From the NCBI GenBank assembly GCA_964644355.1, contig CAZXUW010000004.1:17838-81837 (forward strand): a DNA stretch of 64,000 bases. Direction: 5' to 3'. Positions 20,955 through 30,521 of this stretch are shown here, piece by piece (within the stretch, counting starts at the first letter, position 1; each line of letters begins with the position of its first letter). Source of the DNA: an uncultured Bacteroides sp. GTDB taxonomy: Bacteria > Bacillota > Clostridia > Christensenellales > CAG-917. The position numbers and the translations under genes were made by a program. A model generated the notes under the pieces. The model saw only the letters and a program-made list of their open reading frames with translations. It had not been told where the DNA came from and did no database searches.

Positions 20955-21133
20955 AACACACTTCCTCCTGTTTAGATGCATAAAACAATGATTTCAAAAC
21001 ACCTGTGATAGTATTTGCCATGAATGGCATTTCACGACCAAAATACGATGCCATTTTATTTTGGTTGAAAGCAAGCAAAAAGTCAAGTTGGAAAAACAAG
21101 TTTTTGCTGGGCAATTTGACGGTATGATTACAA

Positions 21134-21682
21134 TCAGTTTTTGATGATGAAAATCGGGATGGGCGGATCCTTTTTCCAGTTGTGAAAGAAGGTTGCAAGC
21201 ACTTGATATTTGCTATCGTCAAGCGTTTTGAGCCAAGGCAAAAGCGCATCCTTTTCCTCATATCCGCTATCTCCGCCATAATACACACTCACACACATGA
21301 TACCGCCTCTTTTTAGGCAATCTAATCCACTCAAAATTGCTTGCTTGGTGGAGTCAAAATGCGTGAAGATGCTGTGATCCCCTCTTGGCAAATATCCGAG
21401 ATTGAACACGATGCAGTCCACGCTGTCGTTGTCCACGTATTTTGCCATATTTGCGTGGGAATCCAAAATGAGCTTTGCACTCAATCCCTTCTCGTCAAGC
21501 AGTTGTTGCGTGCTGTCTATGGCGGATTGCTGTATATCGAATGCGACCACTTTGCCCGCCTCACCCACAAGCTCGCACAAAAATGCCGTGTCATAGCCAC
21601 GTCCGGCGGTTGCATCCACGCAATATCCGCCCTCGCTTACGTATGCTTTGATGACGTTGTGTACAATCGTCAATGCGTTCAT
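21134..21682 (-). CDS. Class I SAM-dependent RNA methyltransferase (YtqB/MnmM-like)
   Basis: VDATAGRGYDT, AFDIQ, DSHANM, FNLGYLP motifs. Confidence 0.8.
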   Translation of the reverse strand: MNALTIVHNVIKAYVSEGGYCVDATAGRGYDTAFLCELVGEAGKVVAFDIQQSAIDSTQQLLDEKGLSAKLILDSHANMAKYVDNDSVDCIVFNLGYLPRGDHSIFTHFDSTKQAILSGLDCLKRGGIMCVSVYYGGDSGYEEKDALLPWLKTLDDSKYQVLATFFHNWKKDPPIPIFIIKN

Positions 21683-21721
21683 TTTTCACCTCACAAAATC
21701 ACATATGCGCATATTGGCATA

Positions 21722-24700
21722 TCACTCAATAACCGAACAAGTCACGTTTGTCAAAGACGTTGTCAACGAATCCACCGCCGTCTTAGCGTCATCGTTTGTG
21801 ACGTAAACGACCATATCGGTACATTTTGCAAACACGTTTGCTCCAAAGTTTACGTTATTTCCTTTTATATAAACCTCATCTAGACCTGTGCAATATGCAA
21901 AGGCAATATCTCCCACATACGACACACTAGATTCCAGTGTAATGCTTTTCAAAGTGGTAAGCCCATAGAAAGTTCTTGCGGAAATATCACCGCCGAGTAC
22001 GGTAATATTTTGGAGTGAGTCCGGCAAGTAGAAATGCTCTCCGTTAGTAGCGTATGATTTGGCTGTTCCCGTATCAAGTTCAATATAATGCACGGAAATT
22101 GCAGTGCAGTTGCCGGCATCTGTCGGCTCACCAAACAAATACATCAATCCAATAGAATATTTATCCGTCGTACCATTGGCATATTTTGTTGCAGACGTGT
22201 CACTCACATCAGTTATATAAAAGCTTGCAAAGGGCAATGTCAAGTCGCACAGCGAAACGCAATCCGTCAACATTCCCTTGTGCATAGTGTCGATTGTGGA
22301 CGGAAGAACGAGTTTTTCAAGCTTGCTCAATCCCGCAAACAAGTCACTTGCAATGCTTGTTATGCCCTCGGCAATTTCAATTTGCGTGACGGTGTCTTTT
22401 ATGCCTGCAAAAACTCCGCTTGCTATGCTCTTTACACTCACACCGCCTACACTTGAAGGCACGCTTATGGCACTCATACTGTCTAACAATTGGATGTCTA
22501 TCGACTTCAAACATCCACTATCATCCACCTCAAACGGCGAGGTCGCAACAGGTGTGGCATTCCACTTTGCAACAAGCGTAACATCCGTTGCCAAAGAAGT
22601 GTCGATGGTGCTGATTTTGCCATCCGTTTGCTTGTCAAACCAACCCAAGAAATCAAAGCCATCTTTTGCAACGTCCAACAAGACAAAATCCTCATCCTCG
22701 ACGGTGTAAGACATCTTATTGTTGTTGGTCAAACCGTCCACGCCCTCATATGATATAGTATAAGTGATGACGTTGAATTTTGCATAAAACTTGCGGTTGC
22801 AAGCGGTGGACGTTGTCACAGTTTCGACTTTGTTATCTGTCTCGTCATCATACCATCCTACAAAGCTATAGCCGACTTTTTGAATATCTAACAATGCAAA
22901 ATCATCATCCTCAACAGTGTATGAGGTCTTGTTTGTGTTGGAGGTTGCACCAAAGGCGTCATATGTGATCGTGTACACAATTGGCGTGAACTTGGCATAC
23001 AAAACTGCGTTTGCGTGCTTGTTTACGCTCACCTTTTCAACGGCAGGCGTGCTGAAATCGGCAGACAAATACCAACCGCCAAATTGATAGTGATCCTTTT
23101 GCGGTTGTGGCAGTGCAATCTCGCCGTCCTCGATCGTATATGTGTTGACAAAAGATGAGCTGTCTTGCACGTTGTGATATGTTATTGTGTAATCTTTGGC
23201 AACAAATCTTGCCTGCAAATGCTTGTTGTCGTGGGAGCCTTTTGTTATACTCTCGACCTTGACGTCACCTACATACCATCCAACAAACTCATAATATTCC
23301 TTGCTCGTATCCTTGAGGACTATCGTGTCGCTTTCAATATTGAAAGTCGTTGGATTTTGAGCATCTAACCCACCGTTATAGTCATAACTTATCGTATAAT
23401 CAACGGGCGTAAAGCGTGCATAAAGCACGTAATTTTGCAAGCTGTCGGCTTTTATGACAACAACTCTATCACCGGAAAAATCAGCACTTTCATACCAACC
23501 TGCAAAAGCGTAATAATCCTTGCTTGGTGATGGGAGTGTCACGTCTCCGCTCTCTATGCTGTACGTTTTGGGATAATCTGCCGTGTCGGATACGCCATTG
23601 TACGTTATGGTGTACACATCGCTTGACCATCTTGCCTCAAGAGTCAAATTGCCATGCGAACCGCTTGCGATCGTGTAAATGCAATTGCCATTGCAATACC
23701 ATCCAATAAATGTGTAGTTGTCTTTTGAGGGAGATAAAAGCGTGATTGTGTCACTCTCAACGGTGTATGACGTTGGATTGTCAACCTCGCTCCCACCATT
23801 GAGAATGTAAGAAATTTGATATTCTATCGCAGTGAATTTTGCGTACAAGCTGTAATTTTGCGGAGTTTTGGTGTCAATCTCGGCTATGGAATCTCCGCCA
23901 AAATCTTGGCTTGTGTACCAGCCGACAAAATTGTAATAATCTTTACGTGGTGTGGAAAGAACAATGCTTTCACTCTCCACCGTATAACTTGTCACAAAGT
24001 TAGTTGTATCCTCAACACCGTAGTAGGAAATGGAATATTCAATGGCTTTCCATCTTGCTTGCAAAGTGATATTTCCGTGAGAACCCTTGCTTATCTTTTC
24101 AACCTTTTCGTTGCCGTTGTACCATCCAAGAAAAGAATAATAATCTCTTGTCGGGTTGTTCAAAATTATATCATCGCTTTCAATGGTATACTTTGCGACG
24201 TTCTCACCGCTTCCACCGTTATATCTATATAAAATTGTGAATTCTACCGGGCTGAATTTGCGATATACGTACACATCCTTTGCCGTGCTTGCGGGGATTG
24301 TTGCAATCTTGTTGCCATTGCTATCGAACCAACCGACAAAGTTGTAGTATTCTTTCAACTGATTTTTAAGAACAACGTCCTCACTCTCGATTGTGTAGAC
24401 GATTTTATCAAAGCTCTCGCCTTGCTCGTTGCAGAGATACACAGTGTGTTCAATGGCTTTCCACTCGGCAATCAACACGACGTCTCCATATGTTCCGTCC
24501 GCTATTTTGCTGACGACTTCATTCTTTTCATCACGCCAGCATACAAAATCATAGTGTTCTCTTTCTGCCGGCAAAAGAGTTATCTCGGTTGACTCATAGT
24601 TGTATTCGATAGGATTCTCGTCGTTGTTTATGCCACCGCCAAGCTTATATTCAACAGAATATTTTTCAGGTGCCCACTTTGCATAGAACGCTTTATTTCC

Positions 24701-26101
24701 GCTGGATCCCTTTGGCAGATAGCTCCATTTCATGCCGGAATAATCTGCATTTGCAAACCATCCCTCAAACACGTAATGGGTTTTGCTCGGCTCTGCCAAC
24801 TCAAGTTTGGAGCTTTCCACAGTATAGACGTATTCTTCACCGCTGTTGACGTTATGCTTGCTGTTGAGTCCGCCGTTGAGGTGATAATGCACGGTATATT
24901 CGATGGGAGTCCATTTTGCATAATACGTCTTGTCTCCGATATTTCCTTTGTCTATACCGTCAACGCTATCGCCATCGCAAAGCTCATCTTCATACCAACC
25001 GCCAAACGTATAGCAATCTCTTTGCCAATCGGCAAAATCAACGTCCTTTTCTATGGTGTATTCAACCTCGCTTACAACCTCATCCACGCTCACAAAGTTT
25101 ATCGTGTAGCTTACAGGAGTATACACGGCATTGATTGTGACGTTGCTTAAAATATCCGTTGTCTTTTTATTCTCCCAACTTGCGGTATATCCGTCTTTTG
25201 GATAAAGCGTTGGGATCTGCCTTACGTCACATCCGTGAGCTACGGACTCCGTATACACGTTCCCGTTGCCATTGACAAAGGATACGAGAAAATACACCTC
25301 TTTTATCGTCAGTGTTGCACTCATATCATCAATGGGTTCATAGTTGTCACTCACCGAAAATCGGGCAATTACGCTATACGTTCCGACCTCGCTTTGAGTA
25401 TTGTTGACGTATTCAACACTCACTTCGCTTGGCAATTCGCCCTTTATTGCAAGGCTATGTTTGTTTCCGTCCCAATCGACCTCTTTGCCCTCAAAACTTA
25501 TTCCGCTCACCCTTGCTTTATTGATGGTCAAGGTTGCACACAAGGATAAATCTTTGTATCCATCAAGCGAAACAACTGCGTTGACGATGTACACTCCAAC
25601 GTTTGTGTAGATGTTTTCAACATCATACACCACCTTTGCTCCCGCCGGCAAATTGCCAACCTCAAGAGTGTGCGGTGTGCCGTCATACACGACGCTAACG
25701 TCATCAAAGACAACGTCCGTTATCTCGGGAAGCTCCTCCCATTTGGCATACAAAATTATATTGCTGGACAAATTCAATTTGTCAAAATCAAGGCTCGTTA
25801 GGTTGTTCAAAGTGACGTCATTGCACCATCCCACAAATTTATATCCATCCTTGAGCGGAGAGGGCAATTCATCACCGTTGTGCCATACCACGTTATCCTC
25901 ACCGTTGTTGAGCACAAAAGTCACTTGAAAATCATCATTCGGGCTGAATAGAGAAGAAACTTCCTCTGCATCGCATGCACTTAAAAAAGCAAAACATAAT
26001 ATAAAAATTGCAAAAACCCCAATAAATGAAAACAGCCGTCCGAAGACAGCAGAACGCCTTTTATCCATACAAACCCGCTGAGCCTCCTTAGTTAAGTTCA
26101 T
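21722..26101 (-). CDS. Large surface lipoprotein: InlB B-repeat/Flg_new repeats, two MBG-like repeats, C-terminal BspA-type LRR
   Basis: LSAC lipobox; about 14 ~70-aa units (YTIxY..NGG..P.K.Y.F.GW..LYAKW); YDG..H.L..LP repeats; IxxxAFxxC LRR tail. Confidence 0.85.
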   Translation of the reverse strand: MNLTKEAQRVCMDKRRSAVFGRLFSFIGVFAIFILCFAFLSACDAEEVSSLFSPNDDFQVTFVLNNGEDNVVWHNGDELPSPLKDGYKFVGWCNDVTLNNLTSLDFDKLNLSSNIILYAKWEELPEITDVVFDDVSVVYDGTPHTLEVGNLPAGAKVVYDVENIYTNVGVYIVNAVVSLDGYKDLSLCATLTINKARVSGISFEGKEVDWDGNKHSLAIKGELPSEVSVEYVNNTQSEVGTYSVIARFSVSDNYEPIDDMSATLTIKEVYFLVSFVNGNGNVYTESVAHGCDVRQIPTLYPKDGYTASWENKKTTDILSNVTINAVYTPVSYTINFVSVDEVVSEVEYTIEKDVDFADWQRDCYTFGGWYEDELCDGDSVDGIDKGNIGDKTYYAKWTPIEYTVHYHLNGGLNSKHNVNSGEEYVYTVESSKLELAEPSKTHYVFEGWFANADYSGMKWSYLPKGSSGNKAFYAKWAPEKYSVEYKLGGGINNDENPIEYNYESTEITLLPAEREHYDFVCWRDEKNEVVSKIADGTYGDVVLIAEWKAIEHTVYLCNEQGESFDKIVYTIESEDVVLKNQLKEYYNFVGWFDSNGNKIATIPASTAKDVYVYRKFSPVEFTILYRYNGGSGENVAKYTIESDDIILNNPTRDYYSFLGWYNGNEKVEKISKGSHGNITLQARWKAIEYSISYYGVEDTTNFVTSYTVESESIVLSTPRKDYYNFVGWYTSQDFGGDSIAEIDTKTPQNYSLYAKFTAIEYQISYILNGGSEVDNPTSYTVESDTITLLSPSKDNYTFIGWYCNGNCIYTIASGSHGNLTLEARWSSDVYTITYNGVSDTADYPKTYSIESGDVTLPSPSKDYYAFAGWYESADFSGDRVVVIKADSLQNYVLYARFTPVDYTISYDYNGGLDAQNPTTFNIESDTIVLKDTSKEYYEFVGWYVGDVKVESITKGSHDNKHLQARFVAKDYTITYHNVQDSSSFVNTYTIEDGEIALPQPQKDHYQFGGWYLSADFSTPAVEKVSVNKHANAVLYAKFTPIVYTITYDAFGATSNTNKTSYTVEDDDFALLDIQKVGYSFVGWYDDETDNKVETVTTSTACNRKFYAKFNVITYTISYEGVDGLTNNNKMSYTVEDEDFVLLDVAKDGFDFLGWFDKQTDGKISTIDTSLATDVTLVAKWNATPVATSPFEVDDSGCLKSIDIQLLDSMSAISVPSSVGGVSVKSIASGVFAGIKDTVTQIEIAEGITSIASDLFAGLSKLEKLVLPSTIDTMHKGMLTDCVSLCDLTLPFASFYITDVSDTSATKYANGTTDKYSIGLMYLFGEPTDAGNCTAISVHYIELDTGTAKSYATNGEHFYLPDSLQNITVLGGDISARTFYGLTTLKSITLESSVSYVGDIAFAYCTGLDEVYIKGNNVNFGANVFAKCTDMVVYVTNDDAKTAVDSLTTSLTNVTCSVIE

Positions 26102-26308
26102 ATTAAGATATCATACAAAATGTTATAAACAACCTAACATACAGACATAAAAAGTTCAATACTTTTCTAAATGTTTTTCAAATTTTTTTTACAAAATTCG
26201 ACAAAGCACCAAAAAATAGCCGATTTTTGACGCTTTTGAGCCACTTACCGATGGTTGAAAGACGTCGATGCTATAGTAATGCACATCATGGATGTGTCTA
26301 TTATTCAT

Positions 26309-26596
26309 AAGTGCGATGGGTGAGAATAGTTGTGGTACCCGTTCCACTCGTGCCACTTCACATCCTGACGCAATTGACCCATGGTAACAATTGCTAGTTC
26401 ATTGCAAGCAACGAACGGCACGCTCTGCGTGCTCTTTTTTTATATCTGCCATTCTCTATGCGTTTACGCAGAGATAAAAACATGTGGTACTTTGCCACTT
26501 TGTGGCTCGTTCCACTGCACAAACTTCGGCACGCTCTGCGTGCTCTTTTTTTATATTGTCACCTCATTTTGCACAAGTGCAATGGGTGACAATATA
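26309..26596. repeat. Degenerate tandem structured repeat with an identical 30-bp hairpin+T-tract duplicated
   Basis: cggcacgctctgcgtgctctttttttatat at 26416-26445 and 26527-26556; other shared blocks (tgtggtac, cgttccact, aagtgcRatgggtgaSaata). Confidence 0.7.
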
Positions 26597-26632
26597 AAAA
26601 CTGAGTGCATTGTCTGCACTCAGCGAAGTTTG

Positions 26633-26709
26633 TGGTCGGAGTGGCGAGACTTGAACTCGCGGCCTTACGGTCCCGAACCGTACGCGCTACCAAACTGCGC
26701 TACACCCCG
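26633..26709 (-). tRNA. tRNA-Pro(CGG)
   Basis: CGGGGTGTAGCGCAGTTTGGTAGCGCG..TTCGGGAC..GTTCAAGTC..CCGACCA; 77-nt cloverleaf with encoded CCA. Confidence 0.95.
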
Positions 26710-26895
26710 ATATGGTTACAATAATTTTTCAACAGCGTTTCAAACACTGCCATTGCAATATACATCAAATATAAGATTTTTGCAACAAAAAAGCACCATT
26801 TGCTTCAAAATTTCTTTAATTAGGTGAGTTTTTTCAGAGCAATACGCAAAAATGATTGCAAAAAAGTTTTGCGTGATATATAATATCGTCTGCGA

Positions 26896-26969
26896 TGGAG
26901 CTTGGTGTAGTGGTAGCACTTGGGCCTCTGACTCCCACTGTGTAGGTTCGATTCCTATAGCTCCTGCCA
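26896..26969 (+). tRNA. tRNA-Gln(CTG)
   Basis: TGGAGCTTGGTGTAGTGGTAGCAC..CTCTGAC..GGTTCGATTCC..GCCA; TTGCAA-17-TATAAT promoter at 26856-26884. Confidence 0.92.
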
Positions 26970-27270
26970 ACGCAAACACTCTCACTTGTGAGAGTGTTTC
27001 TTTTTATACCCCACCAATGAGCTTGCTTAAAGGTGGTGGGGTATAAAAAGAAAAATACACGCCAGTGTGTTTGCGTTGAGCACAATTGGAGCAGAACGGA
27101 AGCACATCCGTGATGTGCATTACTGTTGCAAATTGATTTTTTATATTACTATTATTTATCAAACTGCACAATAAACAGACAAATACTCTAAAAAGGCATT
27201 GAATTTTTCGGCAAATAATGTATAATTGAAATGTTGCACGCAAGATATGCGTGACTAGGATAGGGACATT

Positions 27271-28452
27271 ATGAAAAAGCTTAAAGTTCGCCATAAAATG
27301 TTGATATGTGTCGGTGTGTTTGCACTGTTATTTACCGTGTTTATGTGCGTTGTGTGTCACGACACCACAATTGATGAGGGCAATGGCAATCTCAACGGCA
27401 AATATATGACAGTGCTTGCCAATATTGACGGCATAGTTGAGGCAAATCCTCGCTACGTGGACATTGCTATGCTAGCGTCGCACGATGCAGTGACGGATTC
27501 AATAGGTCTATCAACGCCAATCGACCTTCACGACGAAGGCGGTGCTCTTGACATCATCGAGCCGATTTCTGCAGGTATGCAATATCGTTTCAGCAAGACA
27601 CAAGCGGTGAGTATCGGCAAACAGCTTGCACAAGGCTCTCGCTTTTTCCACATCAAATGCACCGACTATTACGGAACTTGGTATGGCACGCACACCCACC
27701 TTTGCAACATTCTTGAAAAGGATATTCTTGAAGTGCTTGAATACCTTTCAACCGACAGTGCCAAGGGCGAAATCGTGACGCTTCTCTTTCAGCCGATGCA
27801 CTTTTGCGACGGCTCGACTCTTGACTCTATGTATGAAGATATAGATGCCATAACTCACAACGGCAAATCTCTGTTTGATTACGTTTATACCGACAAGGCG
27901 GACTCGTTTGACAACGGCAGTGGCGGTGTGCGTATAGGTGAGCTCACCTACAATCAACTCACCAAAGACGGAACTGAACCCGGCGTCGTCATTCTGACAA
28001 GGCGTGAGGAAGGCACCTTCAAGCAAGAGTGGGAAGGCAATGGCACCCTCCTAAATAAAACCTTTGATATGGACTCTTGCTCCGAGCATGAATGGCACTC
28101 CTCTATCGGCACCAATCGACTGATAAAGAAAATCAACGCCGTATGCGACAAAATTGCAAACGACTCATCCACGATGTCAAAGCTTCGGCTCAATCAATCT
28201 CAAGCCTCGCTTGCTGTTGGCAGTATAGGCGAATTGTTTGACGTGATCGGAAATTGGTCGCTGTTGCGTTTTGCAAACAAACACAATCTAAAATTGCTTG
28301 AAAACGACGCCTTTGACAGATGGTTAACGTATATGCCGGTATTCCAAGTGGACTTTTGCAACAGTGACAAAGGTGACTTCAACAACAGAGTCAATGCAAG
28401 GATTCACGAATACAACCAAAAAGTCGTAAACGAGATTTTAAGTGCCGATTGA
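27271..28452 (+). CDS. Exported PLC-like phosphodiesterase (PI-PLC X-box-like)
   Basis: N-terminal TM/signal; MLASHDA, KTQ..SI.KQLAQGSRFF, THTH, GEIVTL. Confidence 0.65.
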   Translation: MKKLKVRHKMLICVGVFALLFTVFMCVVCHDTTIDEGNGNLNGKYMTVLANIDGIVEANPRYVDIAMLASHDAVTDSIGLSTPIDLHDEGGALDIIEPISAGMQYRFSKTQAVSIGKQLAQGSRFFHIKCTDYYGTWYGTHTHLCNILEKDILEVLEYLSTDSAKGEIVTLLFQPMHFCDGSTLDSMYEDIDAITHNGKSLFDYVYTDKADSFDNGSGGVRIGELTYNQLTKDGTEPGVVILTRREEGTFKQEWEGNGTLLNKTFDMDSCSEHEWHSSIGTNRLIKKINAVCDKIANDSSTMSKLRLNQSQASLAVGSIGELFDVIGNWSLLRFANKHNLKLLENDAFDRWLTYMPVFQVDFCNSDKGDFNNRVNARIHEYNQKVVNEILSAD

Positions 28453-28511
28453 GATTGTATAAAGGTGCAAAATCGACAAAAATTCGCATAATTTGAATAT
28501 AAAATCTTGAT

Positions 28512-28563
28512 AAAAAAACAACAAAAAAAACCGATGTTTTGCATCGGTTTTTTTTGTTGTTTT
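28512..28563. terminator. Bidirectional terminator
   Basis: aacaacaaaaaaaaCCGATG-tttg-CATCGGttttttttgttgtt between convergent genes. Confidence 0.85.
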
Positions 28564-28616
28564 ATCTCCTATATTGCTAGCAGATAAAAACAAAAGCTTG
28601 TTCCATTTGTCTGCTT

Positions 28617-29645
28617 TTATCTCACTTCGGCAAGGTCGTAAATGAGGCGGAGAGTATCCTCCCAACCAAGGCACGGATCGGTGATGGACTTGCCATACAC
28701 GCCACCGCCGGCGGGTTGACAGCCCTCCTCGATGTAGGACTCGATCATCAAACCTTTGACGAGATTGCGGATGTCCTTTGAGCAACGAGTGCTGTGTAGC
28801 ACCTCTTTTGCGATGCGTGGTTGTTCCAAAAAACGCTTTGCGGAATTTGAGTGGTTTGTGTCCACAATGACGGCAGGATTCTGCACTCCGCTATCCGCAT
28901 ACAAGTCGCAAAGACGGCTCAAATCCTCATAATGATAGTTGGGAATTGTTTGTCCGTGTCTGTCCACAGAACCACGCAAAATGGCGTGTGCAAGCTTGTT
29001 TCCCTTGCTGTTCACTTCCCATCCCGAGTATACAAAAGTGTGCGGATGTTGGGCGGCACGTATGGAATTCATCATGACGGATAAGTCTCCGCTGGTGGGG
29101 TTTTTCATGCCGACAGGAATATCCAAACCGCTTGCGGTGAGGCGGTGAAATTGATTTTCAACCGACCTTGCCCCCACTGCAACGTATGACAGCACGTCGG
29201 ACAAATATACGTAGTTTTCCGGATACAACATTTCGTCCGCACAAGAAAAGCCCGTCTCGCCGAGTGCTTTTATATGCAATTTGCGGATTGCAATAAGACC
29301 TTTGAGCATATTTTCGTCCTGATGTGGATCGGGCTGATGAAGCATTCCTTTATAACCGTCTCCCGTCGTGCGTGGCTTGTTGGTGTATATGCGTGGGATA
29401 ATCAAAATTTTGTCCGCAACCTGCTCTTGCACCTTGCCAAGGCGTGAAATGTAGTCTAGCACGGCATCTTCTCTATCTGCAGAGCATGGACCTATCACAA
29501 GCACGAGCCTGTCGTCCTTGCCCTCAATGATGTTTTTAAGTGCCAAATCGGTATTCTTTTTGCGTTGAGCTAGCTCCTCATCAAGCGGATACATTGCCTT
29601 TATCTCTTGCAGAGTCGGCAATTTTCTTTTGAATTCCATATTCAT
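28617..29645 (-). CDS. aroF: DAHP synthase, class I-alpha
   Basis: IGPCS, KPRTTGDGYKG, VGARS, GMKNPTSG, DTNHSNS, GKSITDPCLGW. Confidence 0.92.
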   Translation of the reverse strand: MNMEFKRKLPTLQEIKAMYPLDEELAQRKKNTDLALKNIIEGKDDRLVLVIGPCSADREDAVLDYISRLGKVQEQVADKILIIPRIYTNKPRTTGDGYKGMLHQPDPHQDENMLKGLIAIRKLHIKALGETGFSCADEMLYPENYVYLSDVLSYVAVGARSVENQFHRLTASGLDIPVGMKNPTSGDLSVMMNSIRAAQHPHTFVYSGWEVNSKGNKLAHAILRGSVDRHGQTIPNYHYEDLSRLCDLYADSGVQNPAVIVDTNHSNSAKRFLEQPRIAKEVLHSTRCSKDIRNLVKGLMIESYIEEGCQPAGGGVYGKSITDPCLGWEDTLRLIYDLAEVR

Positions 29646-29648
29646 ATA

Positions 29649-30521
29649 TCAATTCTCCTCATCATTACTCAAATCAAACGCCTTGCGTCTTGTAGTGGAA
29701 AGCTTCATCATCTGCCTGATGCCCTCCCTATCGTCATTTGCTATGCAATCTTTGAGGTGATCGAAATGCTCCTCAAACAACTGCATTTGTGCAAGGATTT
29801 CATCCTTATTTGCCAAAAACAGCTCGCTCCACATCTCATCGTTTATCTTGGCAATTCTCGTCAAATCTCTGAAAGAATCTCCCGTATACTGTGCAAGATG
29901 TTCAGAGGGTTTGCACACCATGAGCGACACGGCTATCGTGTGTGTAAGATGTGACAAAAATCCAACCATCTCATCATGCTCCGACACGCCAAGCTCACTC
30001 ACCTTGCCAAATCCCAACTCTTTGCCAAGCTCCTTGCAAAGCTCTATGGCTTCTTTGCTATTCTTCCTTGTGGGCACGACAAGATAGTTTGCTCCATCAA
30101 AAATTTGCGAAGTGGAGTTTTGCACACCGCTAACTTCCCTGCCTGCCATAGGGTGAGCACTGATAAACTCAACGTCCTCTCTGAGAATATCCTGCACCTT
30201 GTCAACCACACCGCCCTTTACGCCGGTGACGTCACTTATCACCGCACCGCTCTTGAGGTAGCTCTGATATTTTTCAATCCACTCGACAAACACGTGCGGA
30301 TAAAGTGCAAAAATCACAATGTCAAATCTCTCAACGTATTCCTTTGTGACGTCACTTGTGCCATGCGCAATATACCCGTTGTCTATTGCATACTCGATCG
30401 CATTTTTATCTAGATCTACAGCACCCACTTCATAGCCCTTTTTGCTCAATGCTTGAGCATAGCTTCCGCCTATGAGTCCAAGTCCCACGATGAGTATTCT
30501 TTTATCCTTTGTCAACTTCAT
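29649..30521 (-). CDS. tyrA: Prephenate dehydrogenase
   Basis: VGLGLIGGS, DVTGVK, HPMAGRE, EHDE, SFRDLTRIA. Confidence 0.92.
   Translation of the reverse strand: MKLTKDKRILIVGLGLIGGSYAQALSKKGYEVGAVDLDKNAIEYAIDNGYIAHGTSDVTKEYVERFDIVIFALYPHVFVEWIEKYQSYLKSGAVISDVTGVKGGVVDKVQDILREDVEFISAHPMAGREVSGVQNSTSQIFDGANYLVVPTRKNSKEAIELCKELGKELGFGKVSELGVSEHDEMVGFLSHLTHTIAVSLMVCKPSEHLAQYTGDSFRDLTRIAKINDEMWSELFLANKDEILAQMQLFEEHFDHLKDCIANDDREGIRQMMKLSTTRRKAFDLSNDEEN

Noticed and set aside
26331-26445. T-box riboswitch (TGGTACC followed by a terminator)
   Set aside because: No recognisable stem I/specifier and no downstream amino-acid gene on that strand.
26416-26556. CRISPR array from the two identical 30-bp repeats
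   Set aside because: Only two copies, an 81-bp gap, terminator-like repeat with a T tract, and no cas genes.
27001-27048. 16-bp inverted repeat downstream of tRNA-Gln as an element end or att site
   Set aside because: No duplicated tRNA 3' end or partner repeat found; more simply a second terminator-like hairpin.
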